Shown in pieces: positions 26,746-40,699 of a DNA stretch of 64,000 nt (within the stretch, counting starts at the first letter, position 1; each line of letters begins with the position of its first letter). The position numbers and the translations under genes were made by a program. Source of the stretch: Octopus sinensis (lineage: Eukaryota); the NCBI RefSeq assembly GCF_006345805.1, contig NC_042999.1, positions 148,552,001 through 148,616,000 on the forward strand, given 5' to 3'. The notes under the pieces were generated by a model. The model was not told where the DNA came from. It searched no databases and was given only the letters and a program-made list of their open reading frames with translations.

Positions 26746-26747
26746 AG

Positions 26748-27072
26748 TGTGAAGGTACATAGCTTAGTAGTTAGGATATTTTACTCATGATTGTAAGGTT
26801 GTGAGTTCGATTCTTAGCGGTATGTTGTGTCCTTGAGCAAGACACTTTATTTCACATTGCTCCAGTTCACTCAGCTGGTAAAAATGAGTAGTACCTATAT
26901 TTCAAAGGGCCAGCCTTATCACATTCTGTGTCACGCTGAATCTCCTTGAGAACTATGTTAAGAGTACACGACTGTGGAGTGCTCAGCCACTTGCATGTTA
27001 ATTTCATAAGCAGGCTGTTCTGTTGATCGTATCAACTGGAACCCTCGTCGTCGTAACCAAAAGAATGCCAGC
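26748..27072 (+). mobile_element. Full-length tRNA-derived SINE, third family
   Basis: A-box tagcttagtagtt, B-box gagttcgattc and tgtgtccttgagcaagacact core; other copies at 11175-11360, 32990-33290 and 35640-35820. Confidence 0.85.
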
Positions 27073-28529
27073 GTGTTAAAGTTAAGTTGGCTGATAGACC
27101 TTTTACAGTGGTTTAATACCACTGGTTGGTGCCTTAAGTGCTTTTAGTGAAGCTCACACTGTTACAGGTATGAATATGCAATCCACTTCTGCCTGTGTTT
27201 TCCCTGCAGTCCAACAGATGTTTAGTCCAGATGTCAATCATATCAGTCTCAAGATCTGCAAATGTCAGAGTCACCACCTTTTCTGAGTTAAGAAAATAAC
27301 CTGAGAATAAGGAGCACTGATTACTGTGAACAAATCAGACAACTAGACGATCATGTAAGTCAAAAGGTGGTATAATGATAAGAAAATAAGCATGCGAGAT
27401 GCTTAGTGGAATTGATAAAGAAAAGAAATAGGCTAAGGGAAGTTTGTGGCGAAATTGGTAGATCAGATCTTATAGATGAAATTATTAGGAAACCTTGATG
27501 TTTATTATTATACAATACAATCTGTTAGAAAAAATAACAGCCAATATTAAATCAATGATTTTGTTCAATGATAATACAATTGGTGTTAACAATAGTGATG
27601 ATGATGTTATTTAAAACCAAGGTATCCTTGACTAAGTAGACCAAGGATCAAAGGCATTCCAGCCAAGATTATTTCATCTTTTTGTCCAATGTGTCTTTCA
27701 TCATCATCATCATTTAATGTCCATGGTCCATACTGGCACGGGTTGGATGGCTTGACTGGGCTGGCACACTGGAAGGCTGCACCAGGATCCAGTCTGATTT
27801 GGCATGGTTTTCTACAGCTGGATGCCCTTCCTAATGCCAACCACTCTAATAGTGTAATGGGTGTGTTTACGTGCCACCAGTATCTGCCAGGACTGTGATT
27901 TTGCTCAGTTTAATGGGTCTTCTTCTCAAGCACAACAATAAAATGGTAAAGTGTGATTTGAGGCAGACTTGGCTGCTATTTCTAGTAGTTAGAGCTACCA
28001 AAAAGGAACTCAGCAGTTTGGATGATGATGACGATGCTGGTGGTAATTAACATGCTTTAGAAGCAACAGGACATGAGATGAGAATATGATAACTAGAATA
28101 ATATGTCACATGAATTATAGAGAGATTATCATTGTATATGCTACTGTAAGCCATGACTGGGTCAAGTAAACATGAAACTGAGAAGATGGTAAATGTCAAC
28201 CAAGCAAGATAGATTGGTCAGAACTAGTTTGTTATGCAGTACTCTTAAACAAAACAAATAACTATTCATAGATGAAGAAAAAAAAGTTATTGAATAAAAC
28301 AGATGCAATTAAGGAATTATAGTATCATATGTAAGCTAAAAAAAAAAAAGAGATAGTAAGGTGAGTAAAAAAAATAAAATAGTGCAATAAGTATTTAAAA
28401 TATATAAACATGTTCCATTACAAAGTGGGAAGTTCTAATAATGTGATGTTTGGGATAAATTTACTATATTATATGTTTTTAAAGCCCTTATTCTTACTAC
28501 ATACTTACTCCTTTCTCTAGGATTTTATC

Positions 28530-28850
28530 ATCATCATCGTTTAACATCCATTTTCCATGCTAGCATGGGTTGGACGGTTCGACCAGGGCCTGGGAAGCCA
28601 GGAGGCTGCACCAGGCCCAGTCTGATCTGGCAGTGTTTCTACAGCTGGATGCCCTTCCTAACGCCAACCACTCTGAGTGTAGTGGGTGCTTTTTACGTGT
28701 CACTGGCACAGTACCAAGCGAGGCTGGCAACAGCCATGATCAGTTGGTGCTTTTTACGTGCCACCGGCAAGGAGGCCAGTCGGGGCGGCGCTGGCATCAC
28801 AACTACAATTTCCATTGATTTTTGAGCCATTTCGATTTTGATGGTTTCCG
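28530..28850 (-). mobile_element. RTE LINE 3' UTR copy
   Basis: catcatcgtttaacatcc...ggatgcccttcctaacgccaaccactc; similar copies at 20235, 22345, 27700, 31050, 32705, 39745 and 41295 (-), and 29680-30125 and 40405 (+). Confidence 0.85.
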
Positions 28851-29123
28851 GGGCCATATTATTTGAAAAATCAGAATTTTATTTGTATATTAGTGGACAA
28901 ATGAAAGACAGTGGCAATCAATACATTTGGTATATGAGCTGCATGTATTTTTAATAACAGATTCAACTGCATATGACTTATTCATTGGCTTATTTAGATT
29001 TTTAGCCCTTGTTTATTAAAACCGGAAGAAAGTTTGAGTGGAAATAGAAATTTAAATCTTTTATTCATTATTATCATGATTACATTTTTATATTTATAAA
29101 AGTGATACATTTGTGTTAGATTG

Positions 29124-29165
<42 letters not shown>

Positions 29166-30328
29166 GGATAAAATGTTGAAGAGTGAACAATGAGAAAGAT
29201 TTGACATTGTCACTTGACCTACTGACATATTTTTTTATCAACAAGTTTTTCAGTGAACCTTAATTTTTAAGATGCTTTCTTTTTAAGAATGCATTATAAT
29301 TACAACCACAAAATAAGAAACTGTTAATTCTGTGATACTAAGACAAAAAAATGAGGGTTACATCATGCCCAAAAGAAAAGTTTACCATTGCACTTTCTTC
29401 CATAACAAGGGTTCCATGGAATGTAAGCACAACAGCCAGAGAAGATAAAGGTTGCCCTGCAAAGTTATACTAATTACATGCATGTGTTACAAGCTGGTGG
29501 CCTCTAATAGACAAACAGAGTTTGCATGTAGCCATCATCATTCTTGACTCTCTGAAGCCAGACTGAGAGTAGATACTGCATGTGATGAGGCTAGACTTTC
29601 AAAATTATAGGTATAATCCATCTAATCTTTCACACGGTTTCTAGTCAGGCAACAACCCAGGTTCAAATGGTGCTTATTACATGCCAGTCAGGTGGCACTG
29701 GCATCGGCTATGGCTATGACTTCACTTGACTCAACAGATCTTCTCAAGCACAGCATATTGCCTGATGACTCAAGAGTACTTTTAAATGGGCTGGTTATGC
29801 AACACTGGCATTGACCACAGCTGTGATGTCACTTACTTGCCAGGTTTTTTTTTACATATGCACAAATTCTTCCACAGTATGACACCTATTCCTGTCCTAA
29901 TAAAATTTAGCCTCTCATTGCCTGGCTTAAAGCCACTTCCTTCAACACTATACCCTGCCGCAGTTGAGGGGCTCTTGCCTTGCAAGTTACTAGGTAACCT
30001 TACCAGTTAGTGTTAGGTGGGGCACTGAGCCATAGAAACCATGCTAAAGCAGACATTAGAGTTTGGTGAAGTCCTCCAGTCTGCTAGCTCTTGTTGAACG
30101 GAAAACAGATGTTAACTGATTATGATAGTGATGATATAAACATATGCAAAAACATACACATGCCTATGTGCATGAGAGAGATAGAGAGGAAGAGAGAGAG
30201 AGAGACAGACAGGCAGAGAGTAAGTGGTACAAGAAAAGGAAGATTATCATTACTAAAAATCAACAGCAAAGATAAAAATAAAGCAACAAAATACAACTTC
30301 TTCAGCACAAACAGAAACAACAACTTAC

Positions 30329-30445
30329 TCTTGTTGCCTTGATAATGGTAAGAATGTCTCCTTTGTTGAATGGAAGATCTTCCAAAGAGCCACCTGGAAA
30401 CTTGTAGCTGGCCACAACTTCGGTTCCCATCTGCCAAGTTTCATG
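30329..30445 (-). CDS. CSK: Csk (C-terminal Src kinase) coding exon, N-terminal half of SH3 domain
   Basis: ttcttcag| acceptor and |gtaagt donor bound a 117-nt, phase 0/0, stop-free exon encoding HETWQMGTEVVASYKFPGGSLEDLPFNKGDILTIIKATR. This matches Csk [36 protein letters not shown]; as I recall, the Csk intron falls at the same place, just before DPNWY. Confidence 0.88.
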
Positions 30446-31369
30446 CTGAAGAAATCAAATCAATACATTAACTTCAGTGTATGAAATATGAAGCATTGAT
30501 AATAACAATGACTATATTGTATGGAATATTTATTCAAGTGTGTATACGGACTGCAGCAAATAGTAATTTCTCACTATACATATGTATATATATATATATA
30601 TATTTATGCATGCGTGTCAGAATATACACACATACTTTATGAGCATGCACACATATACAGACATACACTTTATGAGCATGCACACATATACAGACACACA
30701 CACTCATATATGTGCAAACACATACATTATGAGCATCCTACATATCCAAACATATACATTTACATATGAACACACATACACATGCAGGCATGCATACATA
30801 CATACATATCTGCATACATACACACACACTTGATACTATCCAGATGGCCATAATGAGTTGTTGGGTCATCATCGAAGAGTGTCTGGAACATGTGAATCTA
30901 ATATAATTTGCCCCTCCCAACTCACCCCCATTTTCTCTACAGCCAGAAATCAAATGTACCATGTGTGAGGTGAAATATCTCAACTAGGAATGAAGCTATG
31001 CAATAAATCACCTTGTCACTACTATGCACAGTGCACACACACACACAATCATCAATAAATGTCCAATTTCCACACTGGCATAGGTTGGACAGTTTGACAG
31101 AATACAGTGGGTCCCAGGACTGCATTGTACTCCAGTACCTGCTTCGGCAAGGTTTCTACAACTGGATCCACTTCCTAAGGCCAATACTGTGTGTACTGAG
31201 CCCTTTTTTTTTCATGCTACTGACATAAGTGAGTGGTGGTGGGGGCATGCAGCTTGTAAGACACCAAAACCAAAGGTAAGGGAATGGCTTTATGCTAGAA
31301 GATCAGGGGTCGAAATGAAAGCGAAGGGTGTATAGCAAGAAAATTCTTGTTTGGGGAGCTACATGGCTA

Positions 31370-31740
31370 CTCACATTTAGAAGTGAGGGAGAGAATGATC
31401 AGCAGGAGTTGCAAATCCTGTGGTCCCTCAAAGTAAAAGGTGAGTAGGGGCAGAATAACTTGGAGTGTGGATGGATAAGGGGTTTGTGGAAGTGTATGGG
31501 GGAGAGAGAAATAGAGGAATGGGAGAGGGGAGGTAAACAATAACTGTAAAAATGGAGTAAAGTTGAGGGGTGAATGTAAGGAGTGATGGATAAGGGGTGG
31601 GAAGATGACCAATGATGCATGCATTTTGGAAGGAAGAAGGATGCGAAAGAGAGCAGTGTGCAGCAGGATAGTAATAAGAACAAGAGCACTCAGATAGTGC
31701 AAACTTCCACGAAGACAACACCAACATCCTCTCAATGATT
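31370..31740 (-). mobile_element. Degenerate LINE (CR1/L2/Jockey group) endonuclease-region relic
   Basis: P/L/H/S-rich open frames typical of the APE-domain region; no intact catalytic motif. Confidence 0.35.
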
Positions 31741-32046
31741 AGCTGGAGATGATTTTTAAAGTGAGAATATCTGAAATAAACTTGACTACTCTCAGAAACA
31801 AGAATACTAAAAATGAACCCAACCGCTCTCAAAGATTATGTAAAAAAAAAAAACAGGAAAATAATCCAGAATCCTTGTCTGGTATTGGATTGATCCCAAA
31901 ATCTAATCAGTTTGTGCCAATCACAAGGCTAAACTTCCCTGAAAGTTTCATCGGAATCCATCCAGTGGTTCTTGAGATATCTTGTCCATGGACAAACAAA
32001 CGCAACTGAAAACAGTACTCCTGCCTTCACTAAGGTGGAAGTAATA
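31740..32046 (-). mobile_element. Helentron-type non-autonomous element (HINE/DINE-like)
   Basis: Reverse complement of 37625-37960. Confidence 0.6.
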
Positions 32047-32379
32047 ATGTATGTTTTATAGTTTGACATTTATTCTACTATGCAAGAATACTTTTTGCAT
32101 ACATGGTTGTTTGCATATTGTTGGAGAAATAGTTTAAGCGCTAAATTGTGTGCTGAGCTTAAAATACAAAGCTTTTTTAAGAGTACATGACTTTAGCTTG
32201 ACAAGAGATAAACCTTATCAAATCCCTCTTTTGTAATATTACCAGTTGTTAGTTTATCTCACAATTAGGTGAACTACAGTGTCTAAAAGAAATTGTACTG
32301 TTGAACACACACACACACACCAAAGTGCCTACGGTGGATCTGCACTTGTGGCCTAATATATTAGCCACCATTAACCAAG

Positions 32380-32598
32380 TCAATGGTTCTCAACCATTTT
32401 TTGCCTATGGATCCTTTTGGTTCCTGTTTTATTCTACTGAACAACCCCTATTAAAAAATCCTATTATATTGTTCTAATTAAATATTATTAAGAATTGCAT
32501 AAGAAAAATTGCTGAAATATTTAATGTATTGTAGAAATATAACCAATTTATTGCACAAATAACAAAATCTTATATGGACCCCAGTTGAGAACCACTAC
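32380..32598. mobile_element. hAT-like MITE
   Basis: Inverted termini caatggttctcaac ... gttgagaaccacta; no clear 8-bp target-site duplication. Confidence 0.55.
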
Positions 32599-33540
32599 TT
32601 AAATGATAACAGAAAGGCTAATTTTTTTTCTATACATGCTTCCATGTAAGTTTAACTGTTGATAGTTAACTAAAATGAGATAAAGAAATATTATTATTAT
32701 ATATATCATCGTTTAACACCTGCTTCCCATACTGGCATAGGTGTGACAGTTTGACAGGAGCTGGCCAGGCAGAAGACTGCATTAGACTCCTGTGTCTGAT
32801 TTGGCATAGTTTTTATGGCTGGATGCCCTTCCCAACACCAACCACACTGCAGAGTGGACTGAGTGCTTTTTACATGGCACCAGCACAAGCGAGCACAGCT
32901 TTGGCATGGTTTTTTACAGCTGAATGCCTTTCCAAATGCCAACCAGGGAGGAATATGTGAATAGAAATATTTACTCGTGCTCCATCGCTTATGATGATGA
33001 GGCTTCCAGTTGATCCGATCAATAGAACAGCTTGCTCATGAAAATAAAGTGTAAGTGGCTGAGCACTCCACAGACACGCGTACCCCTTCACAGACTTCTC
33101 GGGGAGATTCAACGTGACATAAAGTGTGACAAGGCTAGCTCCTTGAAATACGGGTACTACACATTTTTGCCAGCTGAGTGGACTGGAGCAATGTGAAATA
33201 AAGTGTTTTGCTCAACCCGCCACTAGGGATTGAACTTGTAACCCTACAATTTGCAAGCTGAATACCCTAAACACTAAGCCACACACATTTACGTGTGAAT
33301 AAAAAATATTTAATTTATAATCATTAGTCTGACAAAATATATTTTGTCACCCTAATGATTATGATTTAAATATTTTATTAAATCTCAGGCCTATTTTTTA
33401 GCTCTTTGTACTAAGTGACGAAACAGCTTTTTTTGAACCTGTTATCCCTTGGAATAGAATTATGTGTGATGAAATATTTGACTGCATTTCACAGTCTTTA
33501 TTCCCCACACCTGCAATCTCCTGGAACACACATATACACC

Positions 33541-33595
<55 letters not shown>

Positions 33596-35231
33596 GCTCT
33601 GCACAGGGAGGCATTGACCTACAGATGTTTAAACCTGACCTTAACTGCATCAATTTCACTATCTGCAAATGTCACAGGCCATATCTCTCTTTTTTTAAGA
33701 CACAGAAAAAAATCAAAGCAAAAATCAAGCCATTAGAGCAACCAATATTTGAAAGAATTTGTGTTGCTATGTACATATGAAATTGTGAATAAATTTCTAT
33801 TTCATTTCATTTTTCAAGTCACAGATTTATTTTTAATGTACACCCACTACTTGTCTAGCATATATCCAGACAACTTACCAAAGTATCAAATTTAAAAAAA
33901 AAAAAAAAAAAAAGAATTCTTTTATATTTTGGTTAGTAATTAATCATCAATAAAAAAAAATTTTTTTCTCTAAATTTGGACATTCTAACTTCACTAGTTA
34001 CTAAGATATCAAAACGGACACAGAAGTAATCGATCAAGCAAACAAACGTGATAAAAATAGAGGCATCTAATTCCTATACGGTTGGATTTTACAAATGATG
34101 GAAACAACACAGAGCAGAACACAGCAATTGAGTTTACGGAAGATACACAAGGGAGGTAATGAAATATAAACATTGTTATTCTTAAAGCACCAAAATTAGT
34201 TTTAACTTGAAACAGTTATTCGTCATTATAACAAAAGCGTTAGTCCATACATTTATTGATGTTTTTCCTTTATTCCTTGACAAACACAACTTATTATGAA
34301 TCATAATCAACATAATAATAATAAGAACTACCAGTAGACAATCAGTTTAAGCAATTTCCCCTATCTGCTGATTAATTCATTTCAAAAAAAAAAAAAAAAA
34401 AGGGCCTCCTACTTTCCCTTGACTAATTACACTGCCCTCTTTTTCTAATTAAATCAATAAATTCCTCCAGACTATTTCCTCTCCTATTCCACCTCTGCCA
34501 CCTGCCTCTGTGACTCCCTGTTTCACATCACAACAAAAACTGTAACTATTACACATTCACTTGATATTCTGCTCTCATATCAACCAAGAAACTAAGAATA
34601 GGTTTTCCTCACATTTTCTTCCATTTGGAATTAAGGTATTCTCTAACCTCTTCTCTCCCTGGGTCTATCTTTTATACACACACAACACAGAGTATATTCA
34701 ATATAAACAACAACCAAAAACCCACTAAAAAAACATTCACAGCCTACATATCTCTAATATTTCTTCATAAGTATTATTTCAAAATAAATCAATACTGCTG
34801 CTATGTATCTCTCATTTTTTTCCCCCTGCTGCTCTCAATTACTTGAATCTCCAAAGTTCTTCTTCTCACATGCAGATAAAGAAGATTCCAGTTGCAGAAG
34901 CACCAAATCTATAAACACAAGACAAGGGTGCACAGACACCGCCGCTGATGTATACAGGACCTTTGGATCAAAACTCTTGTCAGTGTCTTATAATCCAATG
35001 ACCCTTCTTGAACCAATGTTCGCATGGAGACCAATTCTACTTTGATCGTTGAAGATCCTGTTTGAATACTGAGCAGTTATATGGTCACTCAATCTGCTAG
35101 AAATAGTAGCAAAATCTCATTATAATTACACTCAGTGTCTTAAAAAAGAAGTGCACATTGGATATTTTAGTCCTAGATATATTTATCCTGAAAACATTAA
35201 GATAAGTTGGGCTTAGCTGGAATTCTTTATT

Positions 35232-35595
35232 CTTTTCTTTTATTTGTTTCAGTCATTTGACTGTAGCCATACTGGAGCACCACATCTAGTCAAACAAATC
35301 GACTCCAGGACTTATTCTTTGTAAACCTTAGTACTTATTCTATCGGTCCCTTTTGCAGAACCGCTTAGTTACAGGTATGTAAACATGCCAACATCGATTG
35401 TCAAGTGATGGTGGGGAGAGAAACATACACACACACACACAACGGACTTCTTTCAGTTTCCGGCTAACAAATTCACTTACAAGGCTTTGGTTGGCCTGAG
35501 GCTATAGTAGAAGACACTTGCCCAATGTGCCACAGTGGGACTGAACCTAGAACACTGGTTGTAAGAAAGTTACTTACCACACAGCCACTCCTGCT
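35232..35595 (-). mobile_element. Full-length CORE-type SINE (older)
   Basis: Homologous to 17143-17532. Confidence 0.85.
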
Positions 35596-37624
35596 ATATT
35601 TTTACCACATTACTCCATAAGGAGCATAGGGCCAGTCTCTTAATTTCTCTGGACAGGATGCCAATCCATCTCAGCATTACTCATTTTTACCAGATGAGTG
35701 GACTGGAGCAATGTGAAATAAAGTGTTCTTATCAAGAACACAATGCATAACCAACACCAGGAATTGAAACCACAGTCTTACATTCATGAGTCTAACACCT
35801 TAACCACTAATCCAATGCCCTAATGCTAATTCACTGCTAAAATATACAATGAAGAAACAAAAATAAATTCCAGCCAAGCCAAGTAAAACAAAATTGGGGC
35901 AAGATGAATGTAAAATGGCTGAGTTGGAAGACAGAAAACAACATATGTGATGCTTGCAATGAAAATTCTGAATCTTTAAAACTTTGTGTCAGAAGCAAAA
36001 GAACCTAAGGATATAACAAGATAAGCAATACAAACCTACTGTACATTTTAAACATTAGCCAAATAATGATAAAATATTCATGAATCAAATCCATAAGAGG
36101 TACTACAGATCAGAGGTTCATGTTTTGTAGCTTAGCCCCAAGTCAACTCTGACTGAAAAGGCCTATCATCAAAGTGTTTCAAAGATCCTTGACTTGGTTT
36201 GTGATGTTATTGAAATAATGAATAAATAAAATAAAAGCAATTTATTACATTTTGTTTTATCTGAAGAATCTACTAGAAGGCAGCTACTAAAAGACTCTTG
36301 CTGCTGCTGCTAATTCTGAAGTCTCCTTGAGTGTTGAGTATGTCTTCAGGAATTGTTAAAGCAGGAAACAATATGATTTTGGTGCTCAAAGATTGCCAAA
36401 GAATTGTTGGCATACTGGCATGACAGGGAGTGTCAACTTTATGTCAAGCATGTGAAGCAGAATTACTAATGTTATAGAATGTTTTTTTTTTTCTCTCTTA
36501 AACCATCTTTAGATTCCTTCACATACATAGTAAAGGAATACACCAGAAATAACCAACTCACTGACATATAACAAAAAAAAAAAAAAGAAAGGTTCATCAC
36601 ATAGTCAGAAAAATAACGAGCTCATTAAAATAGATATCATCTGAGTGAACTGATGTTGCTGGTTGATGATACAAAGTGAGAGGTAGACTAAAGAGATACA
36701 GACAGAGAGAACTAAAACTGATAGAGCCAGCAACTTGCTGAGTTGGAGAGGTCAGAAGTGGTTTATTATAGTAATTAGTATTGCAAAATCAACCTCATGG
36801 GTCTATTTTCTTCTAACTTTAATCCTATAACAAACCATTGGTTGAGTTAGTAGAAAGTTGACCTTTCTGTTGAGGTTAGCAGATCAAGTTCTCATCAGAA
36901 AGAGAGGTAGCTGTTGGTGTACCTAGATGAGTTAAAGAATGAGATTGATACATTTTAAGGGAAGTAGCTTGAGGAAGTTTTTGATGTAACCAAGAGAGAA
37001 GTATGCAAGGGTTAGTTATGACTTGAAAAAGCTTGTTGATGTACAGAATTGTAAATCAAGCAACTAAAGAAGCTATCAAACTTGGTTTAAATTGAGTGAA
37101 AAGGAATTTGGACAATAATCATAAAACAAACAAACAAGGAAGATGTAAAAATGGCAAATTTTGTTGTTATTACTATTAAGGTAACAAGCTGGCAGAAGCA
37201 TATTTATGCCTGACAAAATGCTTAGCAGCATTTTGTCTGTCTTGCATTCTGTGTTCAAATTACACTGAGATCAACTTTACCTTTCATCTTTTCAGGATTG
37301 ATAAATTAAATACCAGTTGAACACTAGGGTCAATGTAATCAACTTAGCCCCTCCTCTGAAACTGCTGGTCTTGTGCCAAAATTTGAAATCATTATCATTA
37401 AGGGGACAAGCTAGCAGAATTGTTAGCACATCAGCAAAATGCTTAGTGGCATTTCTCTTGACTTTATGTTCCAAGTTAAAAAATTCCACTGAGATTGACT
37501 TTGCCTTTCATTCATCCAGGTTTGATAAGACAACTAGCAGTTGTAAGACAAGAAGCTAGGGTCAAAGTAATTGAACGTCACCCTTCCCCAAAATTTCAGG
37601 CCTTTCACCCATAGTAGAAAGGAT

Positions 37625-37960
37625 TATTATTACCTCTGCCTTAGTGAAGGCAGAGGTATTGTTTCAGTTGCATTTGTTTGTTTGTTTGTCTGTGGACAAG
37701 ATATCTCAAGAACTGCTGGATGGATTCGGATGAAACTTTCAGAGATGTTTGGCCTTACAATTGGCACGAACTGAGATCAATCTGGTACCAAACAAGGATT
37801 CTGGATTATTTTTCTTGTTTTTTTTTACTTAATTTTTGAGAGCGATCATGTTCATTTTTAGTATTCTCGTTTGTGAGAGCAGTTGAGTTTATTTCAGATA
37901 TTCTCATTTTAAAAATCATCTCTGGCTAATCATTGAGAGGATGTTGCTTTCTACTATAGG
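37625..37960 (+). mobile_element. Helentron-type non-autonomous element (HINE/DINE-like)
   Basis: T-rich start ttattattac, subterminal hairpin cctctgcctt-agtg-aaggcagagg, then (GTTT)n/(GTCT) microsatellite; this is DINE-1-like architecture. Confidence 0.6.
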
Positions 37961-38740
37961 TACAAAGCCTAGAATTTGGGGGAAGGGGATAGTCAATTAA
38001 ATCAACCCCAGTACTCAACTGGTACTTATTTTACTGACCTCAAAAGGATGAAAGGCAAAGTCAACCACGGCAGCATTTTGAACTCAATGTAAAGACAGGT
38101 GAAATGCCACTAAAAATTTCGCCCCTAGTTGGCGTACCAACATGTGGTGGAACATGGGCCATATGTAAGGTAAACAGGATTATCTAATGTGTGTTATCAA
38201 CCAAAAGGCTAAATAAATGAAACTATGCTTCAGATATGGAATCCTGTTCCTCTGACATATTGACAAACATATGTTAGACTATACATTTATAGCAGAGTAA
38301 TGTTGCTTTTATATCACAAATGAAACAAAAACTTTGGTTGAAGTAGGGGCTAATGGTATTTTCTACTGAGGTGATCTCCCTTGTTTGTTCTGAATGTTCA
38401 AAAACCCTGTGGGAGCTTTTGATTACTAATTGCATGAATAGTCTCACTTCACTGAAGTTTTCCCACTAACTATATTACATATGTCAAACCCTACCAAATT
38501 TCTGCTTAGTATGTAGAATGCTACTCTGAGACATTTCATTTGCAATATTATCTATTTTAAATACACACACATACGTGTATGTTTATTTATTTTGATAGCT
38601 GGCATCTACTCAGAGTTTTTACCCTGAGCTAGGTTCATTAGTAAGCTGCTGACTTTTGATAATAAACTTATCTAACCATTCTACTCTATGTAATGTTTGC
38701 ACAACGCAGAATACAGTTTTAATATATTTTACAAATATAT

Positions 38741-39122
38741 ACTCTCTTTTACTTGTTTCAGTCATTTGACTGTGGCCAAGCTGGAGCACCACCTTTAGTC
38801 GAGCAAATCGCCCCCAGGACTTATTCTTTGTAAGCCTAGTACTTATTCTATCAGTCTCTTTTGACAAACCGCTAAGTTACGAGGACGTAAACACACCAGC
38901 ATCGGTTGTCAAGCAATGTTGGGGGGGACAAACACACACACACACATATATATATATACGACAGGCTTCTTTCAGTTTCCATCTACCAAATCAACTCACA
39001 AGGTTTTGGTCAGCCCGAGGCTACAGTAGCAGACACTTGCCCAAGGTGCCACACAGTGGGATTGAACCCGGAACCATGTGGTTGGTAAGCAAGCTACTTA
39101 CCACACAGCCACTCCTATGCCT
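38741..39122 (-). mobile_element. Full-length CORE-type SINE
   Basis: Highly similar to 17143-17532 and 42646-43078. Confidence 0.92.
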
Positions 39123-40055
39123 ATATACATATATATATATATATATATCATCATTGTTTAACATCCGCTTTCCATGCTCGCATGACAAATATATATATAT
39201 TTTAATATATTTTACAAATATATACATTTTTAATATATTTGACAAAAATAAAGTAAAAGTGAAACAAAAATTTTGTTTCACTTTTACTTTATTTTATTCC
39301 ATGATCAGAAATTCTATTTTTATTCTCCTTCAATCTTACTTTCTTTTATTTGTTATATTAATTTACCTACATATTATTTAACCCATCATTCATGATTGTT
39401 TACTATTACAATTATTGAATTGAAATAAAAGTAATAATTTTAACGCATGCGTACACACACATACATAGTAAACATGTTTATATATTCTGTATACTCCAAA
39501 AGTATCCTAATGTAATTCTTATTGTCCTCTAAAAACCCTGATGACTTTCCTTATAAGGTATTTAAAATGCGAAATTATATTTTTATATGTTTTGTAATTT
39601 TAATGCTATTTGAGAAAATATATGTGTGTGTGTGGCACCTTGGGCAAGTGTCTTCTACTATAGCCTCGGGCCGACCAAAGCCTTGAGTGGATTTGGTAGA
39701 CGGAAACTGAAAGAAGCTCATCATGTGTGTATATATCATCATCATTTAATGTTTGCTTTCCTTGCTGGCATTGGTTGGACGGTTTGACTGAGGACTGGTG
39801 AGCCAGAAGGCTGCACCAGGCTCCAATCTGATCTGGCAAAGTTTTTACAGCTGGATGCCCTTCCTATGTCTGTATGTGTGTTTGTGTGTGTGTGTGTGTG
39901 TGCGTATGTGTTTGTCCTCCCAACATCACAGATTAGCATAGATCTTCTATAAGGTCTGTGTTAATTAGCTATACTTTTAATATTTTTTTATATAATAATT
40001 TTTAATTTGAGTCCACTTTCAAATGTTATGATAGTATCAACACACACACACACAC

Positions 40056-40392
40056 TCTTTTACTTGTTGCAGTCATCTGATTGCAGCCATGCTGGAGCAC
40101 CACCTTTAGTCGAGCAAATCAACCCCAGGACCTATTCTTTGTAAGCCTAGTACTTATTCTATTGGTCTGTTTTGGTGAACTACTAAGTTATGGGGACGTA
40201 AATGCAAACATATATATATATATATATATACAATGGGCTTCTTTCAGTTTCCATCTATCAAATCCACTCACAAGGCTTTGGTTGACCCGAGGCCATAGTA
40301 GAAGACACTTTCCCAAGGTGCCACACAGTGGGACTAAACCTAGAACCATGTGGTTAAGAAGCAAGCTTCTTACCACACACCCATGCCTGCTC
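40056..40392 (-). mobile_element. Full-length CORE-type SINE
   Basis: Same family; source of ORF 40081..40497. Confidence 0.88.
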
Positions 40393-40699
40393 CTATATAT
40401 ATATATAGATTGGAATCTGGTGCAGCCATCTGGTTCGCCAGTCCTCAGTCAAATCGTCCAACTCATGCTAGCATGGAAAGAGGATGTTAAACGATGATGA
40501 TGATGATATATATAAAGTTCATTCTAGGCATTCTGAGACTATTTTAGGAGTGTCTATCATAACTGCCCTAGTTTATTGTAATTTTAATACATCATTACAA
40601 TTGGCCTGCTGACTAGTTTACAGAATGCTACCAGGATATGAACATGATTTAGTTTAACTATGCAATGAATTTTGTTTTAAACTAAGCAAAAACATGACA

